NCBI GenBank assembly: GCA_051294375.1
Contig: CM119268.1
Location: forward strand, 9,483,216-9,547,215
DNA length: 64,000 nucleotides
Source: Paraspadella gotoi
Lineage: Eukaryota > Animalia > Chaetognatha
Reading direction: 5' to 3'
The position numbers were made by a program, and so were the translations under genes. Below the pieces are notes generated by a model, which worked only from the letters and a program-made list of their open reading frames with translations, was not told the origin of the DNA and searched no databases. Numbering within the stretch: position 1 is the stretch's first letter; each line of letters begins with the position of its first letter. Of the stretch, positions 22,718 through 47,042 are shown in pieces.

Positions 22718-25340
22718 ATGATTGAGATCGAGGTTCCGGAATCGTTTTTGTCGCCCAAAATTCAACAACTTTTTCGACTAACCGTCGACAATAAAGCGGT
22801 GACTAATAACTGCAACAACCTCGACGGCTTCTCCAACGCCTCTCCCTTTGACTCGGCATACCCTCTTCCGGTCCTCGATTCGGAACGAACGCTCTCGGCG
22901 CTGGGTCCGTATCTCGTAGAGGTCTTTCGCGTTGACGACACTTTTGATGCTGTTCTAGAGACAATCGCTCCTTGGATTTGGGAGGCGGAAAGGCGATGGT
23001 CGTTGCTTCCGGACGAGGATGAGCGGGAGTTTTTATTAAAGCATTTTGGGTGGGTTTCAGTAATTTCACCCGCAAGGGTTCTCATTTGTGTCATAAACGT
23101 GTGTGCTGGAGTGTGTGCTGTTTGAGTTCAGACGATTTCGATCGGTCTTCCACACATTTGTTGATTTGAGTTCAAGCTTAATTTGCCCCTCGCACTCTTC
23201 ATTCTTAGTTGGACGAGAGAACCCGAGGCTTTTCTTCGATCTGTGGAGTTATTTCTATCTAAAGAAGTTGTTGATCACGTTGTCGCCTACCTTATTCTCA
23301 CCACCGCCATAGAGCGATCGCTCAAGGATGTCTTCCTACATTTGAGTGGAGGATCTTCACCGCCTCTTTTATTGAGGTACGGAACTTTCCATGATCAATG
23401 ATCATTTATAAGTAATAGGTTCTTTTTTTCTCAACGGAAAGATGACTCATCTTAAGAGAAGACGAAACAGGTTTTCCGCTTGAAGAATTGAGCGCGAAGT
23501 CGACCCTTTATTCTTCTTTATGAAATCACACTGTCCCTCTATTTTTCTACTACTGCTTCCCGCGACCAGAGATCTTCTTTTGACTTCCGAGCTGGCCACA
23601 TCTCTCTCCCGCCCCATTGTCCTCCTCTTTCGAGCCTTTCTCGGTTCTCCATTGTCTCTCAACCTTCGCAACATTTTCTGGCATGGATTCTGTCAACCCG
23701 GCGACGTCTCTCCGGCCTACGGCTTCTTTCTGCTCTCCGTCGTCGTCTCCGTCGGACGCCGATTCCGTCAGAGTCCGGAGTTTGTGCCGAGCGTTAGATC
23801 GCCACTGGCCTCTTTTAGTCAAACGGAGGTTGGTAGATTAACATTAGATTCAAAGAAAAATTACGTCTCTTTCTTACTCTGCCATTTCCTGTTTGGCGCC
23901 CAGGAATTCTGCTCTGATTTCCCGCTCTTTTCGCTCAATAACTTGGACGCTCTGCCACGCTTCATTCCTCTTCGCTGGCGCCCGACCGTTGCGCGTTTGA
24001 CTCGTGATCTCGATGGAGCCTCTGTTTTTGACATAACTTTCGGTTTCGTACTTCTGCTGCCGCTTGTAGAGAGCGTTTCGAGGATTCGGTTCGCCCGAGC
24101 GAATGAGTCGGCATCGAGGATAATGACGGCCGAATGCGAAGGTTAATTAGTCACATTGAATTTTACCCATTATTATAAATACAAATAAAATTAGAAATAA
24201 TTCACTCGGTCCTTAGAGTTTTACACGACGTTCGATGTGATGTTGGCACCGACAGCCAAACGCGACCACGACGACTCCGCCGGTGACAACCGCCTCGTCG
24301 ACGACCTCGGAGTTCCGCTGATGGAACTACTCTTCGACTTGTTGCAGCTTCCTAGCGGCCCTCGTCTTCGAGACCGTCTAGGTCACGGCGAGATAAAATT
24401 TCCCTGGAAGGCCAAAGAGGACATGAGTGTGGAAACGAAAGACGTACTGTCGCGTCGCAGTCTCCAATTTCTTTTGTCCCTGCTTTTAGCCTTAGCGTCT
24501 GACGGATCTCAACCGTTCGATCTAATCCCCGCTTCAAATTATTTCTCCACCTACAAATCTCGTTTTCATCCCATCGCCCTTTTGCGGTCGAGACTCGAAT
24601 CGGCGCTGGTGTTGTCCCGCGACGGCGACTGGAACGTTATCGCGGTCTCCATCAACGAGCGTGTTGAGGGCGTGGCTGCCAACGTCGAGGCGAAACGCGT
24701 CGACGGAATGCGGGAAGATGAAGGCGGACGACGAAGGCTTCAAGGAGCGTGGGCGCACGCATGTCGCGTCGCGGCGTCTTCCCTAGATTTTTTCGAGGGC
24801 GATATTGAGAATCGTGACGAGTCTTTTCATGATCGGATGTGGTTAGAAGAAATAGCATCTCGACTATTGACAGTCTGTTCGAAGGAGAATCAGCCGACGA
24901 CGTTGTTCAGAGATTTGGGCGGAAGGTCGTCGACTCTCCCAGAATTCACGACACTTTCGCGTCAATGCGCCGATCAGATTCAGCGAGCTTTTCGCGAGAT
25001 TTTCTCCACTTGGTCGAACTTCGAGGATCTTTGGGCGCGTCGAAAATTGAGATCGAGACAGCGACTCACTTACCTCAGGTTTCTCGCCGTCGTGCCATTA
25101 ATTCTCCGGACTCTCTCCATCTCCCTCGTCTTGTTAGTCAAATACTATGAAAATCTGAAAATCTCGAACGAGAACGCGGAGAACGATCATAAGTTTGTCA
25201 GGCGGATGTTGACGTCGCTTGAAAATTTGTCTTCCTTCGTCAACTTTAAGAAAAATCGATGGGACGATTGTTACAAATTGATCGTTGACCTCGCGCCCGC
25301 TTTTCTTCATGCTTTAGATATTTTCGACGCATCTGATTAG
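22718..25340 (+). CDS. ERMARD: ER membrane-associated RNA degradation protein (C6orf70/DUF4209)
   Basis: Exons at about 22718-23049, 23209-23376, 23569-23827, 23903-24141 and 24217-25340. Motifs IERSLKDVF..PLLLRDLL, FLGSPLSLNLRNIFWHGF, EFYTTFD, GPRLRDRLGHGE and YKSRFHPI. Confidence 0.88.
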
Positions 25341-25546
25341 CGAAAAAATTTTTCGTTCAAGTGGTTTTTGCTATAATTTTAGATCCTCTGTTCGTTAAAT
25401 AGGCGGGCGATTAGGCACTTGGCAATGTGAGATGAACGGTGCAAGACTTTGACCCTGATCGCAAGAACTTTATCTGTGATAAAACGGTCTCCTCCGCGAG
25501 TAAAACTTTCTTCGAATTCTCCGGCAATGGAAATAAACATAAAACA

Positions 25547-28500
25547 ATGTTGAAGTGCTATGATCTCAAAGCAGAGTCTGCGGATGTCAGCGGCGCGTCG
25601 CCCGCGACCGTCAAACCCTCGGGGTCGCCGGTCTACGCCTTCGAGGGCGTCGCGAGAACGCCTTCCATGCACAGGTAGCTATTTTACGATTACCGCAGCT
25701 GAGCGGAGCGTTCTCTTGACGACTTAACCTGTTTTAGCAGCACGTTACGCCGATTCCGGCGCGGCGCGCGCTTTCAAGGAGGCGGCTCCGTGAACTTCGC
25801 ACGCCTCTTGCGTGGGCGAGAAACGGATAGTTCCTCAGTAGGGACCGCCTTCGAACGCGCCTCTCAAGTGACCGCGGAGATGGTGAGGCGACTTGGGCTA
25901 CAAGCGGAATTGACCGGCCACACCGGTTGCGTCAACTGCCTCGAGTGGAACCATGACGGATCGTTGCTTGCCAGCGGCTCCGACGACGTATCTGTTATAA
26001 TTTGGGAACCGATGCGTGGTGAGTGGAAATGCTGCTCTCTTTCACAAGAATCTTATTTCTCATTTCACAATCATGAATGTATTGTTTTTAAGGTCGAAAA
26101 TTGCGCAAAATTCGCACCGGCCACACTGGAAATATTTTTTCGGTCAAGTTTCTTCCCGAATCCAACGACAACGTCATCGTTACGGGTCTCTTGTTATTTT
26201 GCTAGATTTTATTATTTTCTGCGATCTTTGATCTGGCTCTTCTCCTCTTGCTCTTCCAGGCGCCGCGGACTACAAGGTTCGCGTCCACGACTTATCGACG
26301 TCGCCTTCGAGCTCTTCGGGTTCCGATGGTTCCGTGTTCAACGGGGCTTCTGCCCAGGTCTTCTCTTGCCACGCCGGGCGGGTGAAGCGCCTGGCCACGG
26401 CGCCCGGGCTGCCCCACGTCTTTTGGTCGGGGGCAGAAGACGGGCTCGTGATGGAGGTGAGCGTGGGAGCGGGAGGTGTGTCCATGATCTAATGCTTCGG
26501 AAAATGTTTTTTTTTAAATTTCTCCTCAGTTCGACCTCCGAAACCCAGAACTCAGCAACGCTACGCATCCCAAAAACGTTCTCATCAATCTCAATCATCA
26601 TTTAGGTAAGATTCCATTCACTCCAAGAAAACGCTTGACCCTATACCTCTCATGTTTACGACCAACGTGTGATCATCATCAGGGCTCAACGCGGAAGTGA
26701 AATGTTTGAGCGTGAATCCTCTCCGCCCTCACCTTTTGGCCGTCGGTGCCAATGACCCTTTTGTTCGCGTCTTCGACCGTCGAATGCTGACTTGTTCGTC
26801 CGTCAAGTACCCCAACGGATCCCAAGGACAGGGGTAAGTTAGGGGCGAGAAATTTGAATTAAGTCTTTGAATTCATAAGAGACTTGGATGAATCGACGAG
26901 TGTCCTTCACAAATCCGCAAGAGTTTCGAAACAAGTCCAAGGTAATGTTGGTCTTATCTCGTTCATTTCAGACACGACGCCGAAAGAAGTTCCTCGCGAT
27001 ACCCGGCACCGTTGGAGCAAAGGCACGCGCTTCTCAATCATCTTTTGTCCGAAGAGGGGGACTTGCTCACCGTGAGTCGGACTCTTCCTTACTTTTTTCT
27101 GCGTGTGGCCCATTTATTGTCTTTTTTAAAAATTTTAATATCCATTTTCAGCCCGAATCGGCTCAGTTTTTCGTCGCGGGACACCTCCCTATCAAACAGG
27201 AGGACTATCGACGTCGGTATCGCCAGTTGGCCTCAACTTACCTCACATTCAGGCGAGACAAAAAAAATTAAGTCAAAGCAAAACACGTCGGTTGACTGAT
27301 TAAATTTAATGTACTCGAAATTTTTAAACAGCCCTGACGGAACGGAGCTGTTGGCAAATTTAGGCGGAGAACAGCTCTACCTGTTCGACTTGAACGAAAG
27401 CGACCGACCGAAACGCCTCGACCTTACAGCCTTTGCCGGGAGCTGGAACCGCAGGTCTGTTTCCTGCCGCTCTTTTAAACTTTCCAACATTAAAAATTTA
27501 AAATTTAAAAATAATTTTTGAATGACTCCATTTGTTTAATTTTTCAGCGTCACCGTAGAAAAATCCAAAGAATCAGAAGAATCCGATCGAAGTACGACGG
27601 AAAGTGATTCGGGAACGGAGAGCGAAGGTGATGGGAAAGGAGGAAGCTTTAAAGATAATAAGCTCGGATTTTCGCTCATGAGCGATTTAATTACGAATTT
27701 ATGATGTTATTAACGTTTGTTGCCAATCCATTGTTCAGAGAGCGCTGCGACGGACGTGAAGAGATCTCGGCTGACGTCGTCCCGAGAATCGGAATCAAAT
27801 CAGACGCAACCGATGGCCCCGCAGGTCGAATCGCTCAAAGAGAAAGGCAATCAGGCTTTCAACAGACAGGTGAGAATGGATAATATGCAGTATGCGACCC
27901 GTAAAGTTTAAGAAACTTAAATTCTGCTGTTTGTAACTCTTCAGCATTATTCCTCGGCGATTTCCCTCTACAACGAAGCTCTCTCCGTCGACTCTGCCTC
28001 CGCTATTCTCTACGCAAATCGGGCGGCGGCTCTGATGAAACGGGGGTGAGGATGGAAGTCTTATATCGACTTCGAGAATCTCTCCCTCACTTTATTAAAT
28101 TTTAGGTGGGACGGAGATTTGTACGCGGCTCTGCGTGATTGCCACACTGCCCTTAAAGGAGAAAGCCTCCCCTCTGTCAAATGCAAAGCTCACTTCCGCT
28201 TAGGTAAACATTTTTTTCGCGATTTAAATTAAGTTGCAATAAAATTTTCACCGGCACAAGCTTCGATTTTTCTGCCTCTCCAGCGAAATGCCTGTACGAG
28301 CTCCAGTGGACGCGCGAGGCGCTCGACTGCTTGGCCCGCTTCAAGCTCGATTTTCCCGAGCACGCGGCCAAGGAACCTTGCGAGACCCTGGAAAGAGACA
28401 TAAAAGCCGCCATATTTGCTAGGACAGGTAAGGACAAAGACGGAGGCGGCGACGACGATGATGACGACGAAGAGGACGAGCCCTCACTCGAAAAGATGCG

Positions 28501-29396
28501 AAAAAAAAAGTAAGTTGCTTTTATCATTATTTTGATTTTCATTATCTGATTTTCATTAAGGGTATTGCTATGCAGTTTGCATAATGCTTTTCCAGTTTAT
28601 CGTTAGTGTTGCTAAGTCGGTACGAGGTAGTTAATTGAGTAATGAACTTTGAATAAAGAGATGATACGATATGCCATTTGATTTTAATGCGTAATAGATT
28701 GCTTGTAGTCAAAAAAAGGAACATATTAATAAGAAAAAAAACCTCCCGTGATCCGGACAGATCACGCCGTAACGGGCGCCGCTCGCCGCCCGGTGGATAT
28801 CGGCTCAGCGAAAAAGAGAAAAACTGGCGTGCCTCTTCCAAAGACTACAAGTTGCGTTTCGCCGGCCACTGCAACACGACGACCGACATCAAGGAAGCCA
28901 ACTTTTTCGGCAGCAACGGCCAGTTTATCTTGGCCGGCTCCGACGACGGCTCCTTCTTCGTTTGGGACCGGAGCACCACCAATATCGCCAGGTGGTTATT
29001 TGTCGATTGATGATCGATAGACTGTCGACTGAAAATTAAATAACTTTAAACATGACACCCCCCCCTCTGGACAGAGTCCTTCGCGGCGACGACTCCATCG
29101 TCAATTGTCTCCAACCGCATCCCAGCTGCTGCCTTCTCGCCTCCTCGGGGATCGACCCAGTCGTCCGCTTGTGGTCGCCGCGACCCGACGATGGCATCAA
29201 GGACGAGAGAGAGGTTTCGGATTCGGACGACGCCGCTTTCGCCAATCAACGGCGGATGAACGCGGATCCCCTGGAGGTGATGCTCATGAACATGGGATAT
29301 CGCGTCAGAGGCGATGAAGACGACGATAACGATGACGAAGAGGAAGAGGGGTCGGCCGAGGGCGGACGAGCGCACGTGGTCTGCCCAACGAGCTGA
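25547..29396 (+). CDS. WDTC1: WD and tetratricopeptide repeats protein 1 (adipose/DCAF9)
   Basis: LGLQAELTGHTGCVNCLEWN..GSLLASGSDD, GHTGNIFSVKFLP, CHAGRVKRLA, AVGANDPFVRVFDRR, TFSPDGTELLANLGGEQLYLFD, TPR (LKEKGNQAF...LYANRAAALMKR), GHCNTTTDIKEANFFG and VNCLQPHP. Multi-exon; the N-terminal start is less certain. Confidence 0.96.
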
Positions 29397-29823
29397 ACTT
29401 TGGCTTTTTGCAATATGCCATGAAGATTAAGTAGTTTTTAGTTATATCTTCGGGACTTGTTAATGATTTTAACTTCGGTTTACACGAACTCTCTCACTCA
29501 CTCGCAAACAAAATACAGATAGTCCTTACCGCTACAAAACGATTTAGTTAGTCTCTAGTTTTTATGCACTTACGCAATCGTCTTCCCGATTATCTTGTTC
29601 TGATGTCAATCGTAATTCTCCGATATTTAGACATGACTCCTCCTTTGCTAAAGTGTTTTGTTTTTAAATCGCTACCAAATGTTGTGGTCCACGTGCTCGA
29701 TCATTGTTAACCGTATCTCGCTTTATAGTAATAGATTGTTGTTTTTCTCCCCATTTTTTTTTAGAAAGTTGAGAAATTACTTATCAATATTTTTTTGTGA
29801 CTGATGTCTCGAAAAGCCGAGCC

Positions 29824-32800
29824 ATGCTGGACTCGCTGCGGGTGACTCTGTCGGAAGTGCTGGAAGTTCGAGGATGCGGCATCAACGAGGGGGAAGCGTG
29901 GGCGGTGTTGCAACGAGGCATTGAACGCCTGCAGGATGCGTTTTACATAAACGGTGGTGGAAGTACGAGATGTCGTCGAGAAAGAACGCGCGTGGAGCTT
30001 GTAAAGCCGGATGGAAGACCAAAAATTTGGATCTCTTTGGAGACGCTCTGTATCAATCCGGGGTGAGTCTTCTTCTTCATTCATTAATTTATATTTTGTT
30101 ATAAATTTTATTGTAATATTGTTGTATCAAACTCGACTGTTCAGTGGGCGCGTTACATTCGACGATCTGGTGAACAATGTCACGTGGAAAACGTCGGAAA
30201 CAGTTGCTCCTGAAATAAGATCGCAAATTGAAACAAAGGTAAAACCTTAATTTTTCTTCGTGGCGTCAGTTCATAGCTTTTTCTTTTCACCGTCTTCAAA
30301 ACTTTTTTTCCGTTAAAAGCGTCGTCTCTCCGAAGAAGAAATGGAACGGATCTACATGTTCGCCCTTGGAACGACTGTCTTCCAGGCGTTGGACTTCCGG
30401 CGAGACGTTGAGGACAGCCTTTCCGTCGGTTTCGACTTGGACGATCTTCTTTGTCGAATGTGCGACGACGAAGGAGAGAAACGGGCGGGAATCTCCGAAG
30501 TTTTGAGAGTGAGTCACGTTAAGAAGGATTCCGAGTATTTTTAATTTAATTTAATTTAAACGACGGCGTCTTTTTCTTGGTTTTGACAGACATGCTCGGC
30601 TCATGGGCCTTCTCCCGATCCGCATCTAAAAGCCCTTCACTCGTCAGTCCTGGGTTCTCTTCAAGATATCCTTCCACCCGGAGTATCGTCGGCGGAGGTC
30701 CTGCGCGAGCCAGATGAGAATAGACGACCTTTTTCTGCATCTTCTTCCAGGCTAGAAATTTACTTGATTAGCCTCTAAATTGTCCGGTTTTAACTTCTCT
30801 TTTTTCCATTCTTTCAGGCGTCCCCTATCGTCGCTTTCCAACGCGTCCCGCCTGACTCCCGACGGTGCCCTCTCCTTCTCAACTGCTCCTCCCAAACCTC
30901 AGTCAAGCCTCGGCAGCGCCGGGAGCCGCAGCGGCGCTTCTAGTCCTCGATACGTGGATCGAGTGAATAATGGAACCGACTTTGACGTTGAGAACTGGCT
31001 TCCGGAAACGACTCTCAAAGAAGAGACGCCATTGAGATCCTTGCCTGATCTTGCGGAGGCGCAGGCGTCTCCGCGATCTGACAACTTCGAACGATTCAAA
31101 AACTCGCCGGCGATTTCGGCGGAAGTCAAGGAAGCGCTTGAGAGAATAGAGGAAAGGAGAAAGCGGTTTGAGAAAAAGCAATCAAAAAACGACCCCGAAA
31201 GGACCGTAAGCATGCGACTTCCGCCCGAAAGACTTGATTTATCTGGAAACTTGAAAACTCGTCATTACTCTTGCCACAATATCCGCGCCTTGTCTGCTCG
31301 ACCGAGTTCTTATTTTCCACGAAAGATGCCGGGTGAGGTTGACGAAAAACTGACCGCAACTCGCCCGCCTTCGCTTCGCCCTTCCAAAGCAGCGCTTCTC
31401 GCCACGCCTCCCAAATACGACGCTGCTATTTTCCCGCCAACCATCAGCGTCGCTGATTGCACTACGCTCGATTTAACGTGAGTCTGAAATCATCTTTTCA
31501 ATCTCTATTGCTTAATCCCTTCTTCAACTTTATTTTAATTTTTCCAGCGCCGCCGACCTCTCAGATTTAGCCTCTTTGCAATTGCGCGATAACGAGAAAA
31601 AAGCGGAAGAGCAACGCCTCAAGTTGATGGAACGCCGGAATCGGGAATCGCGACGCGTGGCCTCGACGCCGGAGTTTTTTGTAACGACGCCGCGCCCCCC
31701 TCGCGTTTTGCGCATGCCGGAACACGTGGCGCCGACGCCGTCAGAGGGCGCCGAGCGTCATCTGGTGGTAGTGATGCTCGACGGAGAGAAGATCGATATG
31801 ACCGTCGACGTCGAGGTCACTGGGCAACAGGTGAAGTTGAATGGGATAATTTAATATTTAATGTTAAGTATCTGGACCAAGCAACTTATCTCTTTTAAGG
31901 TCTTGGATTCCCTATCCTTCCACTTCGACCTCAAAGAGACTTTCTTCTTCGGCTTCGCCTTCGTCGACGACGGCGAATACTTCTTCCTCGATCCCGAGAC
32001 CAAGTTGGCCAAAGAGGCTCCGCCTGATTGGGGCGCCAAACGCGCCAAGCGACCGCCACAGTCCCCGCCTCCGGTCTTTAGCGTCTTTTTCCGAGTCAAG
32101 TTTTTCATCGACAATCTCGCCCTTCTCATTCACCAATCCACACGGCACTTGCTCTACCTGCAGCTTCGGCGCGACCTCCTCGAGGGTCTCCTCTCGTGCG
32201 ATGTTTCTTCGGCCCTTTCGTTGGCCTCTCTGGCGCTGCAGGCGGAATTCGGCGACTTCGCCATCGAGACGGAGAGACGATATTTTGAACCAGAGCAGGT
32301 TCGTGAGAGAAACGTTGATTAATAATCAATTTAAATTTAGCTCTTCAATCTCATTACGTGCGGCATTTAAAAAACTAAAAATTATTTTGCATTTATATTT
32401 GAATTTTTTAATTATTTTTTAAATTATTTTTTACTTATTTGAATACATCATTTAATCCTATCTTAATAAAACCGGATGATAATTTTTGATTTGATAATAA
32501 TCCTAATATAAGCTCCCCCCTCCCCTCCCTTAGTACGTCTCCCTGGCAACGATCGACGCCTACGGATCCGATTACATCATCTCCTCCGTCCCTCGGCTCC
32601 ACGCCGCTTTACGCGGTCGATCAACACTAGAAGCCGAATCCGCTTTCATCGCCGAAGCCAGACGCCTTCCCGACTACGGCGTCCATTTTCATCAACTGAA
32701 GGCGGAGAAGAAGAAGACGGCGACGTCGGTGTGGATCGGCGCAAGCGTTAGCGGCGTCGCTTTGTGCAAGTTTGAAAAGCCTGCCTCGGGAAGACAACGG

Positions 32801-34571
32801 TAAGTACCAAGTTGGCAATGAAGTACGATAAATTAGCCTACTTGATAATTTCATCTTAACTTCTGATTGCACCGACTTTGATCTCTCTCTCTCTCTCTAT
32901 CAGCGTTTACCTCCACCGGTTCCCTTGGGACGCCCTCGAAAAGATCTCATTCGATGGGCGCCGATTTTCGTTGTTGCCTAAAAACGTCGCCTCTGACGAC
33001 GAGGACGCCGGCCGGCGAAAGCGACGCGACCTCAAGATGAATCTGTTCGCCGACGATTCCAAGAAACCCAAGTACCTCATGCGACTCGTTCAGTCGATGC
33101 AGCGGTTTCAATCTTCCATCCGCGCGCGATCCGACGTCGACGCCATCTTCGCGGAAAATCCTGTCGCATCGGCAGAGGATCCTCCATCTTCTCCGGCATT
33201 TGGCGACGAGATGACTCCAGCTCAGTTCTCAGCAGCTATCTGGCTTCTCAGCAACCAATATTGAAGAGGACGAAGAGTTCGTCGTTGACGTCCGTCGTCC
33301 GACGCCGCCAACTATGACGACGACGACATAGTGGACGACGACCATCCAGCCGTCGTCGGCGTCGTCGCTCCGGCAGCGATGAAGACTTTCCATCCATCCG
33401 TCCATGTTTTCGGCGAATCCTCTCGACGATCGTCGCTTCGAACCGACCCGCCGCTCCCGGCGCCACCAACGACCCCGCTCCCTTCTTCATCCCCCGCCCA
33501 AGGCGTCGTCCCCCTCGCGACTCCTCGAGGAAGTTTGCCCACGGATCCCGCGGAGGTCGAAGACGCCAACCTCTTCCTGGTTCACCTGCAAAAGGAGGCG
33601 GAGGGGGACGGGTTCGGTCTGCTGCTCGAAGATTCGGAGGAGGGAATAGTCATCTCCGAAGTCGATCGCGGAAGCGTCGCCGAAAAATGTGGACAGATTT
33701 TGGCCGGTTAGTGGTTGGATTGATTTGACCGTTTTTTCTAGTTCTTTTCGTTTTTTGTTGAGACGAGATTATTTACCTAATTGTCGATTCGACTGTAAAA
33801 CTGTAAAACTTTCTCATAAATCCAGGCGACGTTCTCCTAGCGATAGACGGTCGCCGCGTGGGCGGCCTCGAACCTCGATCGATCGGTGCCATTCTCTCCT
33901 CGACGGGCGATCGAGTCGATCTCCTCCTCTCTCGATCGATTTCCACCATCGACGACCCCGACGCCTCTCGACCGGAAATCGACGAAACTGAAGAGGAAAT
34001 CGACGACGACGAAGACACTCTCTATCCCGGGGACATTTTCGAGATTCGGTTGGATCCGTTAGACGGCGACTACGGTTTCGATCTGTCGGGTAAGTAGATT
34101 TTTATTTTTAGATACGCGTAAATTACTAAAACATCCAATTAAATTATTTCAGTCCGCGACGGCGCCATAATCGTATCCCGGTTGACGCCGGGTGGCGCCG
34201 CCGAAGCCGACGGAAACGTTCATCCCGAGGATAAGTTGGTGGGGGTGGACGACGAGGACGACCTTCAAAGCGATGCCGTCGACGACCTAATCGAGAATCT
34301 CGGTCTGAAGGCCCTGGACGGCGAACCGGTCAGACTCTTGCTCATCAAAGCTGATGCGAAAGGTCAAGGGGGCGTCGTCGGCGACGTCGTTGGGCAGCCA
34401 TTCCGCCGACCAGCGCTCGACCAATCGCCCCTGTTGTCTAACATCAACGACGCTTTCGACCCGAGACTCCGCACTTCCGACCCTCCACCTGTTTACGGCG
34501 GCCCTTTGGACCGACGACGGCAAAAAGGCGCGACTGGTGTTCACGGGGAGATGCAAGATACCGGCATTTGA
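29824..34571 (+). CDS. KIND-FERM-PDZ-PDZ scaffold (FRMPD2/PTPN13-like, no phosphatase domain); reading frame interrupted at 33262-33288
   Basis: The N-terminus RVTLSEVLEVRGCGINEGEAWAVL resembles the PTPN13 KIND start; TVAPE and IYMFALGTT follow. FERM: FFFGFAFVDDGEYFFLD, VFFRVKFF, HLLYLQLRRDLL, LALQAEFGD, LPDYGVHFH, FPWDALEKISF. Two PDZ-like units: GDGFGL...GDVLLAIDG and DYGFDL...PGGAAEADG..HPEDKLVGVD. Confidence 0.85.
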
Positions 34572-35282
34572 CCACAAAATCCTATTCTGATTTTTAAGCA
34601 ATCCTTTGAAAGTATTCTTTGTTTCGGGTAACATTTTGTTTCCCTTTTGTGATCTCCGATAGAATTTCTCCGATACATATTACATAGTATTTTTATGTCA
34701 CATATATATACACCGTCCTTCCGCTTATGTGCCTTTCACAGTATTTAATGTTATGGTGCAATCAAGTATATTTAAAATTTTACCTATTGCCATTTGTACA
34801 AATAAATTTTGTATTTTTTTGAATTGCCTTATTTTTCTCGGTTCGTTTTTGTATAGCTAATTAGATATGAACTTCAATTAAAGTTTAATTGGCGTTTGGG
34901 CTAATAATAATATTATTCTGAGTAATCTTTAAATTTATTTTCGATTATATCAGTATAATTAAACAAGTCATGATGGCAATCATGCAAAAAAAAAAAAAAA
35001 AAAAAAACAAAAAAAAACTGCAACAGTAGAAACGATATCAGCAGAATAATAAAAGAATCTGATATTCAAATAAATTAGACAATTTTAAAACCTCAAATAC
35101 GCAAGATAATTATTTCAGTACAAGACCGATTATCCATAAGCGATAACGGCATTTTCAAGTAAACTAACTAATCCCATATATATCTAATCCTTTACGCGAA
35201 CAAGCAAGTAACAAAAGCAACTGGAGATTCGTCCATCGCATCCTCGCCATAAGGAATTAGTTTGTCTCTCTCGATTTCGCGG

Positions 35283-46395
<11,113 letters not shown>

Positions 46396-47042
46396 CTGAA
46401 GGAAGGAACTTTGGAATGAAGATGGGAGAGAGAATGACAGGCCGGGACATATTTCAATCTCTCTCTCTCTCACTCCTCTCTCTCTCTCTCTTCTCCCGCG
46501 CTAAGTTTTAAAGAGATAATCAACTTTGAAGTTTATGAATTTAAAAAAATCTGACGCGGACAAATTGTCTCCCCCGGCGAATTTCTTTGCCTTTTAGAAA
46601 AATAAAGAAAAAACAATTATCGTTATCACTTTGCTCGGAATTGTTTCAACTTTGTAAGCCATTTTAAAAGTTCATTAACCGGATGTGAAAAATAAAAGTG
46701 ACAAAATGGAAATTTAAGCGACTTACATTCCAACTTTTTCAGTTTGTGCCCAAAAACATCCTTCATGTTGAATTTATTTTCATCGAAAAATATCGGGAAA
46801 ATCTTTTATATTTCAGTTTTTGTATCTAGTTTTTTTTTTTAAATTAGTATTCCAAGTTTGATGCTGAAAAAGAGAAAGTGAGAGAAGAATATATGAAGGG
46901 CGAAGCGAGGATCAACGCTCAAAAAAAAATTGTTTTAAAGTAAAAATAAATCGTCTTTTATTAATATTTTGTGTTTTCCTGGTACAAGACCCGAAGTTTA
47001 ATTCTCGGATAAGACGAGGAATTTTATTCTAGGATTAGAGAA

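Noticed and set aside
33262-33288. Selenocysteine decoding of the two TGAs
   Set aside because: They lie in a disordered linker, not at conserved Cys positions, and I could not see a SECIS in the 3' UTR.
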